Source of the DNA: Alphaproteobacteria bacterium | Lineage (GTDB): Bacteria > Pseudomonadota > Alphaproteobacteria > Rhizobiales > Phreatobacteraceae | Direction: 5' to 3' | Assembly (NCBI GenBank): GCA_037143285.1 | Contig: JBAWYY010000001.1 | Location: forward strand, 1 to 32,377 | DNA length: 32,377 nt | In this document: positions 1-9,450 of the stretch, piece by piece | How positions within the stretch are numbered: position 1 is the first letter of the stretch | Layout of the letters: the number at the start of each line of letters is the position of its first letter | Notes under the pieces: generated by a model | Told to the model about the DNA's origin: nothing | The model's database searches: none | What the model saw: the letters and a program-made list of their open reading frames with translations, nothing else | Program-made: the position numbers and the translations under genes

Positions 1-252
1 CCAGGCGTCCTTGGGCCTAATCGCCCGCACCGGCAGAAGCGTGCGCGGCCGCGTGCGCCGGTCCGCCCGGTAAAACACCCTGCGCATCGGCAATCGCGCC
101 CGCGGCGTTCCGCCATCGCCCTCGCGCTTGTCGGTGATGACGCCGCCTCGACCAAGCGCGCAATTGAAGGCAGCCGTCCCGACGTGCAGGACACCGCGAC
201 TCCGGCGCCCAGGAAGCGCATGCACAAAAAGGGTCTGAATCAATCTTGGCAT
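1..252 (-). CDS. YkuD-like L,D-transpeptidase family protein, N-terminal part (runs off the left edge; not in the supplied ORF track)
   Basis: Manual translation from ATG at 252: MPRLIQTLFVHALPGRRSRGVLHVGTAAFNCALGRGGVITDKREGDGGTPRARLPMRRVFYRADRRTRPRTLLPVRAIRPKDAW. The CALGRGG...KREGDGxTP...YRxDR pattern fits this alphaproteobacterial family. The catalytic His/Cys lies outside the window. Confidence 0.8.
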   Translation of the reverse strand, partial: MPRLIQTLFVHALPGRRSRGVLHVGTAAFNCALGRGGVITDKREGDGGTPRARLPMRRVFYRADRRTRPRTLLPVRAIRPKDAW

Positions 253-434
253 CGTAAATCTCGTGGCGTGGTCGCAATCGGTCCTTCACATCCCCAATTA
301 AACTGGAGCGGTCGCGAGGGTCATCGTGATCACGAGCACGCGAGCAGCGTAACTGAAGCGCATGTTTGCGTGTATGTGCCTAGGTGCCCTAATGATGCAT
401 CGACCATAAAGTTGATTCTGAAAGCTTTCTTGTC

Positions 435-1121
435 ATGAGCCAAGCGCGAAAAATCCTCCTCTGCGACGACGATGCGGAAGTGCGCGAGGCACTTGCAGAA
501 CAGATCGCCCTCCACGACGAGTTCATTGCCGAGAGCGTCGACACAGCGGCCAAAGCGGTGCAGGCGGTCAAAGGCGATCATATCGATCTCCTCATCATGG
601 ACGTAGGCTTGCCTGACATGGATGGCCGGGAGGCCGTCAAGATCATGCGCAAGAACGGGTTCAAGAGCCCGATCATCATGTTGACCGGCCATGATACGGA
701 TTCCGACGCAGTCCTTGGCCTCGATTCCGGCGCCAATGACTATGTGACCAAACCGTTCCGTTTCGCGGTGCTTTTGGCGCGGATGCGAGCGCAGTTGCGT
801 CAGCACGAAGCCAGCGAAGACGCTGTTTTCCCGATCGGTCCCTATTCGTTCAGGCCGTCGGCGAAACTGCTTTTAGGCGAGAAGAACTCCAAGGTGCGCC
901 TCACCGACAAGGAAACCTCGATCCTGCGCTACCTCTATCGGCAGGGTCCGCGCGCGGTCTCACGCGATGTGCTGCTCGCCGAAGTCTGGGGCTATAATTC
1001 GGGTGTCACCACGCATACGCTGGAGACCCATATTTATCGCCTCCGTCAGAAAATCGAGAAGGACCCGTCCAATTCGGTCCTGCTGGTGACTGAGGGCGGC
1101 GGCTACAAGCTGGTCCCCTGA
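435..1121 (+). CDS. cenR: OmpR-family response regulator, CenR/OtpR-like
   Basis: Receiver domain (CDDD, phosphoacceptor in IMDVGLPDMDG, MLTG, TKPF) plus winged helix (LTDKETSILRYL...VWGYNSGVTTHTLETHIYRLRQKIE). The VTTHTLETHIYRLRQKIE stretch and the downstream cNMP-binding gene match my recollection of the CenR/OtpR locus. Confidence 0.8.
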   Translation: MSQARKILLCDDDAEVREALAEQIALHDEFIAESVDTAAKAVQAVKGDHIDLLIMDVGLPDMDGREAVKIMRKNGFKSPIIMLTGHDTDSDAVLGLDSGANDYVTKPFRFAVLLARMRAQLRQHEASEDAVFPIGPYSFRPSAKLLLGEKNSKVRLTDKETSILRYLYRQGPRAVSRDVLLAEVWGYNSGVTTHTLETHIYRLRQKIEKDPSNSVLLVTEGGGYKLVP

Positions 1122-1125
1122 TCGC

Positions 1126-1587
1126 ATGGCGCTTGATCAAGACATCACCCTCCTCTCGGGCATCGGATTGTTCAGCAATCTCGATAGTGATGCGCTCCGG
1201 CTCATCGCCTTTGCAGCGGAAACCCGAATGGTGGGTTCCGGCGACGTGCTGTTCCGTGAGGGACACGCCGCAGACTGCGGCTATGTCGTCATCGAGGGCG
1301 AGTTTGTGTTGACCGATGCGGGCGGGCTGTCATCCGGCCGCAAAGTGGGTCCCGGTACCTTACTCGGCGAAATCGCTCTGATCGTGGAAACAACACGACC
1401 GGCAACAGCTACGGCCACCACGCCCTCTGCGGTCATGCGCATCCCGCGCACCCTCTTTCGTCGTGTCCTTACGGAATTTCCTGTCGCGGCTCAGCGCGTT
1501 CATGCCGAATTCCGCGCGAAAATGCGGTCAACCAGTATCGACCTCGCCAAAGCGCGCAGTGCATTTCTTGCGATCGATCGGCAATAG
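1126..1587 (+). CDS. Stand-alone cyclic-nucleotide-binding domain protein
   Basis: GDVLFREGHAADCGYVVIEG and phosphate-binding cassette GEIALIVETTRPATATA. It is 153 aa with no HTH and starts 4 bp after the regulator stop. Confidence 0.85.
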   Translation: MALDQDITLLSGIGLFSNLDSDALRLIAFAAETRMVGSGDVLFREGHAADCGYVVIEGEFVLTDAGGLSSGRKVGPGTLLGEIALIVETTRPATATATTPSAVMRIPRTLFRRVLTEFPVAAQRVHAEFRAKMRSTSIDLAKARSAFLAIDRQ

Positions 1588-1597
1588 TCCGACCCGC

Positions 1598-3067
1598 TTA
1601 CTCGCCGATGATTTTCACCAGTTCCCCGCCGCGCGGCTCCTGCCCGGGATCAAGCCCATTGAGCGCACGGAACCGCTCCTCAGCCCGATCAGCGACTTGC
1701 ATTCGCCGCGCAAGCATTTCCACCGTATCGCCCTCACCGGTGCGGATGAGCCGGATTCGCTTCTGGCGCGCACCCGGCTCATTGCCCGACAAGCGACTGA
1801 AGCTTTCCATTGAGGCGCGAAAGGCTTGATCCACGTCCGGGGTGAGTTCGCGTGCGGCGAAAATCATCCGATAGACCTCGGTACCGAAACGAACAACGAA
1901 GATGCGGAACGACCAGTCGGTCCCTTTCGCCATGGCCGTTGCACCGGCAAAACCATTAATCGTCACGTTCTCAACAGAGGCCGGATCAAGACCGTCGATC
2001 CAGCCTGATCCAAGATAAGCGGTGAGTGCGTCGCCGGCCGGTACACGCACCACATCAAGGCGGAGCGCCTTGTCGTTGGGGCCGAGGCCCGTCACCGCGC
2101 TACGGGAATTTTCCAGCGTGAAGCCTTCGGGTGCGGTCACGGTGAAGCCAAGGCGCGGGTGAATGAACACGCGCCCATTGACCACGCCCTGGCGCGGATC
2201 ATCCCCGAAAGTGACGCCATCGAGCGCCCGAAGGAAGCGCTCGCGCTCCCGTGGCACTGAGCCTGGTCCCACGAATTGACGCGCGGTCTCAACGGCTTGC
2301 CGGACCCGCTCCGGTGTTGTCGGATGGCTGGAGACAAAGTCCTGTTGGCCATCGGCACGGTTCGGCCGCAAGGCAATCGCGCGATCCATCGATTGCAGGA
2401 AGCGCGCGGCACCAAAAGGGTCAAAGCCTGCTTTTGCCAGCAAAGCGACGCCGAGCGCGTCGGCTTCAAGCTCCTGGCTGCGCGAGAAGCTTGCAAGCGA
2501 TAGGCGGCCGGCCTCGCGCCGCGCCTCGGCCCCGGCAGGATCGTTCAGAAGCCGCGCGCGCATGACCGCGATGAGCTCATTGGTTCGCACTTGGTCTTCC
2601 CGCTGCGCCGCATGGCGCGCGGAGACATGGGCCATTTCGTGGCCCAGCACGGCTGCGAATTCGGAGGTGTCATTGACCAGCGCCAACATGCCTCGGGTCA
2701 CATAGAGATGGCCGGACGGCAGGGCGAAGGCGTTGATGACCGAGGCGTTCAAAAGCGTCAGCCGATAGCGCAGGTCTGGGCGATCGGAGGCGGCACCCAA
2801 GCGGCCAAGAATGTCGTTCGCAAGCCGCTCGATGGATGGGGCATCATATTCGCCGCCAAAGGCCGCGAGAATGCGGGAATGGTCGCGCGCGGTTAGCGGC
2901 GGCAAGCGACTTTCGGTAGGGGCGGGTTGGGGGAGCGGCGTGCTCGTTTGATCCTGGGTTGATGCACAGCCCAATAGCGCGAGCGACAGCAACGCCGGAC
3001 CAGACACCCTGCGCAAAAGATCAATGCTCCGTCCGAACCGTCTCAAGGGTCCGCCGTTATCTTCCAC
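1598..3067 (-). CDS. M48-family zinc metalloprotease lipoprotein with C-terminal LysM-like domain
   Basis: Lipobox LALLGC; NAFALPSG; HEMAH zinc motif (2627-2641); ELEAD third ligand; SSHP; C-terminal GEGDTVEMLARRM...FRALNGL LysM-like segment. Confidence 0.88.
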   Translation of the reverse strand: MEDNGGPLRRFGRSIDLLRRVSGPALLSLALLGCASTQDQTSTPLPQPAPTESRLPPLTARDHSRILAAFGGEYDAPSIERLANDILGRLGAASDRPDLRYRLTLLNASVINAFALPSGHLYVTRGMLALVNDTSEFAAVLGHEMAHVSARHAAQREDQVRTNELIAVMRARLLNDPAGAEARREAGRLSLASFSRSQELEADALGVALLAKAGFDPFGAARFLQSMDRAIALRPNRADGQQDFVSSHPTTPERVRQAVETARQFVGPGSVPRERERFLRALDGVTFGDDPRQGVVNGRVFIHPRLGFTVTAPEGFTLENSRSAVTGLGPNDKALRLDVVRVPAGDALTAYLGSGWIDGLDPASVENVTINGFAGATAMAKGTDWSFRIFVVRFGTEVYRMIFAARELTPDVDQAFRASMESFSRLSGNEPGARQKRIRLIRTGEGDTVEMLARRMQVADRAEERFRALNGLDPGQEPRGGELVKIIGE

Positions 3068-3746
3068 TCGCGATGGTCATCGCCTCGGGGATTGCCGCCG
3101 CAATCACCGGGCCGCGCCGGAACGACACTGTTCCTCGCACACGTAGGATGTGCCCACGGAATGCGGCAGGTTCAAGCCCGCGTTCGCGAAAACGCGGCAA
3201 ATCACGCTCGTTTATCGTTGCGGTTAATGCACCGGAATCGGCACGGCCAAAATTGACATAGGTGATGCGGCCTAAGGTGCGCACGCTGATCACGCGCCCC
3301 TCGGCAATGATAAAGCGGCCGGCCGCTGCCTTCAGCGCCTCGGCATTCGTCGCCGCAATAAGTGCCGCCGGTGCGGCCCAAAGCCCCCGTCGGTCTCGGA
3401 CGGCCTCTGTTTCCGCGCTTTCAAAATGCGCCCAACAGGGGCGCGGCACCAGCCGGGTGACGGTGAGCCGGGCAAGCCCATCCCGCAACAGGCGAGCTTC
3501 CACCGAGCCCTGGCCGTCAAAAGCGATGACCGGCACGCGATCATGACGATCAGGCGGCCCGAGGGCGACCAGACGAGCAGCGGGATCGGGCGCAATCGGC
3601 TGCGGGCTTGAAAGTGCCGCTAACCGGATTCGCGCGCCCGTTACGACGGACACTGCATCCGCTGGCGCCTCGCAACTTCGCGCCGATTGATACGAGCAGA
3701 GCAACAGCCCAACCGCGGCTAACCGCGATCGGGCGCGCGCTCGCAT
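3057..3746 (-). CDS. Thermonuclease (SNase)-like protein with C-terminal OB-fold domain, apparently degenerate active site
   Basis: SNase-like elements IRLAAL, DRHDR, LLRDGLAR, AETEAVRDRRGLW, then OB-like GRFIIAEGRVISV...YVNFG...LRVRG. Hydrophobic N-terminus. It fills the gap between acs and the M48 gene. Confidence 0.65.
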   Translation of the reverse strand: MRARARSRLAAVGLLLCSYQSARSCEAPADAVSVVTGARIRLAALSSPQPIAPDPAARLVALGPPDRHDRVPVIAFDGQGSVEARLLRDGLARLTVTRLVPRPCWAHFESAETEAVRDRRGLWAAPAALIAATNAEALKAAAGRFIIAEGRVISVRTLGRITYVNFGRADSGALTATINERDLPRFRERGLEPAAFRGHILRVRGTVSFRRGPVIAAAIPEAMTIASGR

Positions 3747-3751
3747 CGGCT

Positions 3752-5716
3752 TCAGGCGCCTTTACGGTTCTGGCGATGGGAGATGAGATCATCTACCACC
3801 GTCGGATCGGCGAGCGTCGAGGTATCTCCGAGCGCGCCAAATTCGTCTTCGGCGATCTTGCGCAAGATGCGGCGCATGATCTTGCCCGAACGGGTTTTCG
3901 GCAAGCCCGGTGCGAACTGGATGAGATCCGGCGAGGCGATCGGGCCGATCTCCTTACGGACCCAGCCGACGAGTTCTTTGCGCAGTTCCTCGGTCGGCTG
4001 TTCGCCCGTCATCAGGGTCACATAGGCATAGATGCCCTGACCCTTGATGTCGTGGGGATAGCCGACAACGGCGGCCTCAGACACTTTCGGATGGGCGACC
4101 AAGGCGCTTTCGACCTCAGCGGTACCCATGCGGTGACCGGACACGTTGATCACGTCATCGACGCGGCCGGTGATCCAATAATAGCCGTCGGCATCGCGCC
4201 GGCAGCCGTCGCCGGTGAAATACTTGCCGGCATAGGCCGAGAAATAGGTCTGCACGAAGCGGTCATGGTCGCCGAAGACCGTCCGCATTTGACCCGGCCA
4301 GGAATCCGCAATCACCAGATTGCCTTCGCATGCCCCACTCAGAACCTCTCCCGCCGCATCGACGATCTCAGGCTTCACCCCAAAAAACGGCCGGGTGGCC
4401 GAGCCGGGCTTTTGGGCGATGGCGCCGGGCAGCGGCGTGATCAAAATGCCGCCGGTCTCGGTTTGCCACCAGGTATCGACGATGGGGCAGCGCCCGCCGC
4501 CGACCACGCGATGATACCACTCCCAGGCCTCCGGATTGATCGGCTCACCGACGGAACCGAGGAGGCGGAGGGACGCACGCGACGTGCGCTTCACCGGCTC
4601 TTCGCCCGCCCCCATCAAGGAACGGATCGCGGTCGGCGCGGTGTAAAAGATATTGACCTTGTGCTTGTCCACCACGTCCCAGAACCGGGAGATGGAGGGA
4701 TAGGTCGGGATCCCCTCGAACATCAGCGTGGTCGCGCCGTTTGCAAGCGGGCCATAGACGATATACGAGTGGCCCGTCACCCAGCCCACATCGGCCGTGC
4801 ACCAATAGATGTCGCCGTCCTTATAGTCGAAGACATAGTGGTGGGTCATCGACGCATAGACGAGATAGCCGCCGGTGGTGTGAACCACGCCCTTGGGCTT
4901 ACCCGTCGATCCCGAGGTGTAGAGGATGAACAGCGGATCCTCGGCATTCATCGGCTCGGGCGGGCACTCCGTGCCAACCGAGGCTGCGAGATCATCGAAA
5001 TAATGATCGCGACCGGGCTTCATGGTCATCGGGGTGCCCGTGCGCTTCACCACGATCATGCTTTTGACGATGTCGCCCGCCTTGTCGCAGGCGGCATCGG
5101 CATTGACCTTCAAGGCCACTTTACGACCGCCGCGCAGACCTTCGTCCGCGGTAATAACGACCGCGGTCGACGCATCTTCAATACGGCCGGCAAGGCTGTC
5201 GGGCGAGAAGCCACCGAAAACGATGGAGTGAATGGCACCGATGCGGGTGCAGGCGAGCATGGCATAGGCGGCTTCAGGGATCATCGGCAGGTAGATCGTC
5301 ACGCGATCACCCTTCTTGACGCCCTGGCCTTTCAGTACATTCGCCCACTTCACCACCTGCGCATAAAGCTCGCGATAAGTGATCTTGGCATCTTCGGTCG
5401 GGTTGTCGCCTTCCCAGATAATTGCCACCTGATCGCCGCGCGTGGCCAAGTGCCGATCAACGCAGTTGTAGGAAACGTTGGTGATCCCGTCCTCGAACCA
5501 TTTGATCGAGACATTGTGCGGGTCGTAGGAGGTGTTCTTCACCTTGGTATAGGGCTTGAACCAGTCGATCCGCTTGCCGTGCTCGCCCCAAAAGGCGTCG
5601 GGCGATTCAACAGAGGCTTTGTACATCGCCTCATATTTAGCCGCGTCCACATAGGCGCGGCGCGCCCACTCGTCGCTCACGGGAAAAAGTTTGGCGTCAG
5701 ATTGACTGTTCGGCAT
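3752..5716 (-). CDS. acs: Acetyl-CoA synthetase (AMP-forming)
   Basis: [39 protein letters not shown] and [12 protein letters not shown] (regulatory acetyl-lysine motif); 654 aa. Confidence 0.97.
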   Translation of the reverse strand: MPNSQSDAKLFPVSDEWARRAYVDAAKYEAMYKASVESPDAFWGEHGKRIDWFKPYTKVKNTSYDPHNVSIKWFEDGITNVSYNCVDRHLATRGDQVAIIWEGDNPTEDAKITYRELYAQVVKWANVLKGQGVKKGDRVTIYLPMIPEAAYAMLACTRIGAIHSIVFGGFSPDSLAGRIEDASTAVVITADEGLRGGRKVALKVNADAACDKAGDIVKSMIVVKRTGTPMTMKPGRDHYFDDLAASVGTECPPEPMNAEDPLFILYTSGSTGKPKGVVHTTGGYLVYASMTHHYVFDYKDGDIYWCTADVGWVTGHSYIVYGPLANGATTLMFEGIPTYPSISRFWDVVDKHKVNIFYTAPTAIRSLMGAGEEPVKRTSRASLRLLGSVGEPINPEAWEWYHRVVGGGRCPIVDTWWQTETGGILITPLPGAIAQKPGSATRPFFGVKPEIVDAAGEVLSGACEGNLVIADSWPGQMRTVFGDHDRFVQTYFSAYAGKYFTGDGCRRDADGYYWITGRVDDVINVSGHRMGTAEVESALVAHPKVSEAAVVGYPHDIKGQGIYAYVTLMTGEQPTEELRKELVGWVRKEIGPIASPDLIQFAPGLPKTRSGKIMRRILRKIAEDEFGALGDTSTLADPTVVDDLISHRQNRKGA

Positions 5717-5901
5717 AGCTCGCCCCTTTCATGCGTCCGTTCGCGCATTCGCGATTTGGATCGACGTTTCCTCCCGGGGCGGCTTTTTTGGGGGAACGCC
5801 ACTTTCCGGATATCGGCAGGGAACATAGGGCCATGACGAGGCAAGGCCAAGATGGCACCTGTCACACTTTGGTCGGACCATCGCCAAGGGGCGGGTGAGG
5901 G

Positions 5902-7122
5902 TTATTCAGCCGCCTTCGGCATTTGAATACCAGCTTGAGCCAGGACATCTGCCGTGTCCTCGCCAAGCTTTGGCGGCGCATGCCGCGTGGACGCCGGCGA
6001 CGCCCCATAATTGACCGGGTGCTTCATCTCGACCCAGGTATAGCCGTCGGGATGCTCATGGCGGCGGAAGAACCCGACCTCTTTCAGGTGAGGGTCATCC
6101 ATCAGATCATCCATCCGATTGATCGGCGCGAAGGGAATTTGCTTGGTTGTCAGCGCCGCCGTCCATTCGGCGGTGGTTTTCGTCACCGTCATCTCGTCCA
6201 TCATCCCATAGAGCGCACGGATATTGGCCATGCGCGCGGGATAGGTGGCAAAACGGCTGTCAGTCACGAGGTCAGGCCGCTCCGCAAGCTCGAAAAAGTC
6301 GCGCCAGTTGCGATCAGAATAGGGCGTGATGCCGATCCAGCCGTCCTTCGTGCGATAGGGCCGGCGATCCTTATTGTGAATGCGGCCATAGCCAAACCCT
6401 GCCACCGGCGGGTCATAGACATGGCCGTAGAGGTTCTCGCTCATCACGAAATGGGTATAGCACTCGAACATCGGCACTTCGACGAGTTGGCCCTCACCGG
6501 TTCTGAGCTTGTGCATCATGCCGGCAAGTGCGGCCTGCACCATGAACAGGCCGACCGTCTTGTCGCCGGCAAGTGTCGGCAAATAGCGCGGGCTCGGATC
6601 GCCATCGACGCGCGGCAGCATATCGGCGCCACCCGCTGCACCCTGGATTAGCTCATCATAAGCCGGCAAACCCGCATAGGGGCCATCAGATCCATAGCCT
6701 GCGGCATGGACATAGACGATGTCAGGCTTCACCGCCTTCAAGCTCTCGTAATCCACACCGAGGCGCGCGGCGGTATCCATCCGCAGGTTGGAGCAGACCA
6801 TGTCGCAGCTGCGCAGCAATTCGTAGCAAGTCGCCCGATCCTCCGGGCGCTTCAAGTCGAGCGCCACAGAGGACTTGTTCTTGTTGAACATCATATAGAG
6901 CGGGCCCATGCCCTTGCCGGCGGACTCAGGCGCGGGACCCGCCCAGCGCATGATGTCGCCCTGGCCCTCGCCGGGACTTTCAACCTTGATGACCTCGGCG
7001 CCGAGATCACCGAGCAACATGGTCGCATAGGGACCAAGAATAACGGTCGTCAGATCCAGAATGCGGATCCCCGACAAAGGTCCCGCTTTCGCGGGCGAGG
7101 ATTGCAGCGGTGTTGTTGTCAT
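5902..7122 (-). CDS. CaiB/BaiF (class III) CoA-transferase
   Basis: GPLSGIRILDLT...GPYATMLLGDLGAEVIKVE, NKNKSSVALDLK, catalytic Asp in PAYDELIQ, C-terminal PPKLGEDT. I took the start at the ATG at 7122; 7143 is an alternative. Confidence 0.92.
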   Translation of the reverse strand: MTTTPLQSSPAKAGPLSGIRILDLTTVILGPYATMLLGDLGAEVIKVESPGEGQGDIMRWAGPAPESAGKGMGPLYMMFNKNKSSVALDLKRPEDRATCYELLRSCDMVCSNLRMDTAARLGVDYESLKAVKPDIVYVHAAGYGSDGPYAGLPAYDELIQGAAGGADMLPRVDGDPSPRYLPTLAGDKTVGLFMVQAALAGMMHKLRTGEGQLVEVPMFECYTHFVMSENLYGHVYDPPVAGFGYGRIHNKDRRPYRTKDGWIGITPYSDRNWRDFFELAERPDLVTDSRFATYPARMANIRALYGMMDEMTVTKTTAEWTAALTTKQIPFAPINRMDDLMDDPHLKEVGFFRRHEHPDGYTWVEMKHPVNYGASPASTRHAPPKLGEDTADVLAQAGIQMPKAAE

Positions 7123-7202
7123 GGCCGATCGCTCACAGGGCAATTCGGCAAAGAATTAAGGGATTTGCGCGCCTGACGATAGAGCCCATGCGGTCACATC
7201 CG

Positions 7203-9230
7203 TCATGCCGCGCGCACTTGCTCCATGAAATGATGAATTTCATCATCCAGTGCGCCAGCGTCCACCTCAAGTTTGGCCGCGAGATCGCGCACCATGCCGG
7301 CTGTTGCCCGCGTCGCATCCGCCGTTTCGGCAACGCGGCCCATGGAGCTTGATCCATTGGTGGTCTCGCCCGCCGCCCGGTTCACCGCTTCGGCAATGGT
7401 GGAAACAGCGTTGCTCTGCTCGCCAACTGCACCGGCGACCGTATTGGCGATAACGTTCATCCGATCGATAGTCGCGTTCACCCGATCAATCGCTGACAAG
7501 GCTTCCGCCGAGACGGACTGGATAGCGCTCACTTGGGTTGCGATTTCCTCGGTCGCCCGCGCGGTTTGGCCTGCGAGCGACTTCACCTCAGCCGCGACAA
7601 CCGCAAAGCCTTTACCCGCCTCGCCCGCGCGCGCGGCTTCGATCGTGGCGTTCAAAGCCAGCAGGTTGGTCTGGTTAGCGATCGACTGAATGAGCCCGAC
7701 GACCTCGCCGATCCGATCTGCGGCAGAGGCGAGCGAGCCCATGATTTCAACGGTCGCCTTTGCTTCCGCCGCCGCACTTTCCGCTGCGTGGGATGATTGG
7801 TCCGCCTGTCCTGCAACCTCGCCGATGGAGGCTGAGAGCTCTTCAGTGGCGGTGGCAGCCGAGACAACGGACTCGGTTGCGCCCGAGATAGCCCCGGTCG
7901 CCATGGCCGTCTCCGACGACATGGCGCTCGCTGCGGCCTCAAATGAGTCGGATGCCTCGGAAAGGCTTGATGACGCGTCTTTCAAGCGAGAAAGGGCTGA
8001 GCCAGCAGCACTTTCAAACGACTTGATCATGGCATCCACCGCATTCGCGCGGCGATTGCGCGCTTCGGCCTCGTCGGTTTGGGCCGCACTGAGCTGCTCG
8101 CGCTCAATCGCATTGTTGCGGAACACATGGACCGTGCGGATCATATCGGCGATTTCATCGCGCCCATGGCTCTCGGGGATCGCGGTTGCCGTATCACCGG
8201 CGGCGAGCCGCTCCATGGATTCGCGCAAGCCAACAAGCGGCCGGCGCACGGAGCGCGCAATCAACATCGCGGCAATCAGAGAAACCAGGAAGATTGCAAT
8301 CGTGATCGCGGCGACCTGAATGAACATCGCCGAACGCAGGACATCGCGCCTTGCATTGGCGTCGGCACCCATCTCGCCGGCCTTCTCCAGAATAGACCGT
8401 CCGGTTTGACCGAGTTCGTTGGCGGCGACCTGACGGGCTTCGACTGCTTGCGAAAGCTCATCATGCGCGGCAACCCAGGCCTCGCGGGCTTGACCATAAG
8501 CATCGCGCGCCTTGATGAAGGCAGCACCGCGCGGAATCCGCCCGAGCGCCGCATCCCCGCCAACAATGGCCTCATCAACCAATTGCTTCAATTTCAGCGT
8601 GAGCTCGCGCCCCTTATTGAGATGATTGGGTTTGAGCGCCCTTAAGATATCGCCCTCAAGACGGCGCAAATCGAGGACGATCCCCAAAGCTTCTTCGCTG
8701 AAACCACCGAGGAGCTCGCGCAGGTCATTGGCGACCAACTGCTCCATCGCATGACCTTCCGTGATGAAGGTTTTCGTCAGCCCCTCATCATCCGCGCGCC
8801 CGACGATATCCATGGTGGAGACCACAGCATCAAAGCGCGTCACCACTTGCTTCAGTCGCTCGGTCACCCGCTCAACGAGCTCATGGGCTTCATTGGCAAG
8901 AACGCTCTTTGCAAGCTCGGCCACCGCCGCATCGGCACTTGCCGCTGCTGCCGCAAAGTGCCGTTCCTCGGACGCCGATCGCGAATGGAGGAAGCTTGCG
9001 GTTGCCGCCGCCATCCTCTCATTGGCCGACACAAGATCATAGGCATGGACGGCCATTGCGCTCTCATCAGTGGCCGCCTTGTTGGCACTATCCAGCGCAC
9101 CGACGCTGTAGGCGCCGCTCCCGACAATCACCGCCAACCCGACAAGGGGCACCGCCACGAGCGCTGCCAAGCGCTGCGACATGGTCATCGAAATCCGAAC
9201 TGCGGAAAGGGGGCCGGCGATGCTTGTCAT
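7203..9230 (-). CDS. Methyl-accepting chemotaxis protein (TM - large helical periplasmic sensor - TM - HAMP - signalling domain)
   Basis: Two TM segments, HAMP ([17 protein letters not shown]...DEIADM), hairpin tip [37 protein letters not shown]. The start is uncertain (9188, 9230 or 9260). Confidence 0.93.
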   Translation of the reverse strand: MTSIAGPLSAVRISMTMSQRLAALVAVPLVGLAVIVGSGAYSVGALDSANKAATDESAMAVHAYDLVSANERMAAATASFLHSRSASEERHFAAAAASADAAVAELAKSVLANEAHELVERVTERLKQVVTRFDAVVSTMDIVGRADDEGLTKTFITEGHAMEQLVANDLRELLGGFSEEALGIVLDLRRLEGDILRALKPNHLNKGRELTLKLKQLVDEAIVGGDAALGRIPRGAAFIKARDAYGQAREAWVAAHDELSQAVEARQVAANELGQTGRSILEKAGEMGADANARRDVLRSAMFIQVAAITIAIFLVSLIAAMLIARSVRRPLVGLRESMERLAAGDTATAIPESHGRDEIADMIRTVHVFRNNAIEREQLSAAQTDEAEARNRRANAVDAMIKSFESAAGSALSRLKDASSSLSEASDSFEAAASAMSSETAMATGAISGATESVVSAATATEELSASIGEVAGQADQSSHAAESAAAEAKATVEIMGSLASAADRIGEVVGLIQSIANQTNLLALNATIEAARAGEAGKGFAVVAAEVKSLAGQTARATEEIATQVSAIQSVSAEALSAIDRVNATIDRMNVIANTVAGAVGEQSNAVSTIAEAVNRAAGETTNGSSSMGRVAETADATRATAGMVRDLAAKLEVDAGALDDEIHHFMEQVRAA

Positions 9231-9275
9231 GTGCGCTGTCCAGGGAAAACTACGGAGCAACGCTAGATAGCCAGA

Positions 9276-9291
9276 GTTAAAGGACCATTGA
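9276..9291 (-). promoter_or_regulatory. Putative CtrA box 1
   Basis: The minus strand reads TCAA-TGGTCCT-TTAAC, one mismatch to TTAA-N7-TTAAC, just upstream of the chemoreceptor gene. Confidence 0.5.
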
Positions 9292-9392
9292 GGATTAACG
9301 CATCGACGGCCATTCCACTCAAAAAATCAGTCTAATTTCACAGTTAAATGCCCAAATGGCGACTTTTTGTGCAGTTTTGCGGGTATATTCGA

Positions 9393-9408
9393 GTTAACGC
9401 TTTGTTAC
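9393..9408 (-). promoter_or_regulatory. Putative CtrA box 2
   Basis: The minus strand reads GTAA-CAAAGCG-TTAAC, matching TAA-N7-TTAAC, in the AT-rich divergent intergenic region. Confidence 0.55.
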
Positions 9409-9450
9409 CACCTCCACGGCAAGGCTCCCTGTCGATCTTGGAGGTCGACC

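Noticed and set aside
17-289. 90-aa minus-strand ORF in the track
   Set aside because: Wrong frame. The neighbouring frame (ATG at 252, open to the window edge) carries the family motifs.
3608-5836. 742-aa plus-strand ORF antisense to acs
   Set aside because: Shadow ORF typical of high-GC codon bias opposite a conserved gene; it has no recognisable motifs.
5855-5870. TGTGA half-site upstream of acs (minus strand) as a CRP-type box
   Set aside because: The second half-site is absent (TGTGA-N6-CCATC).
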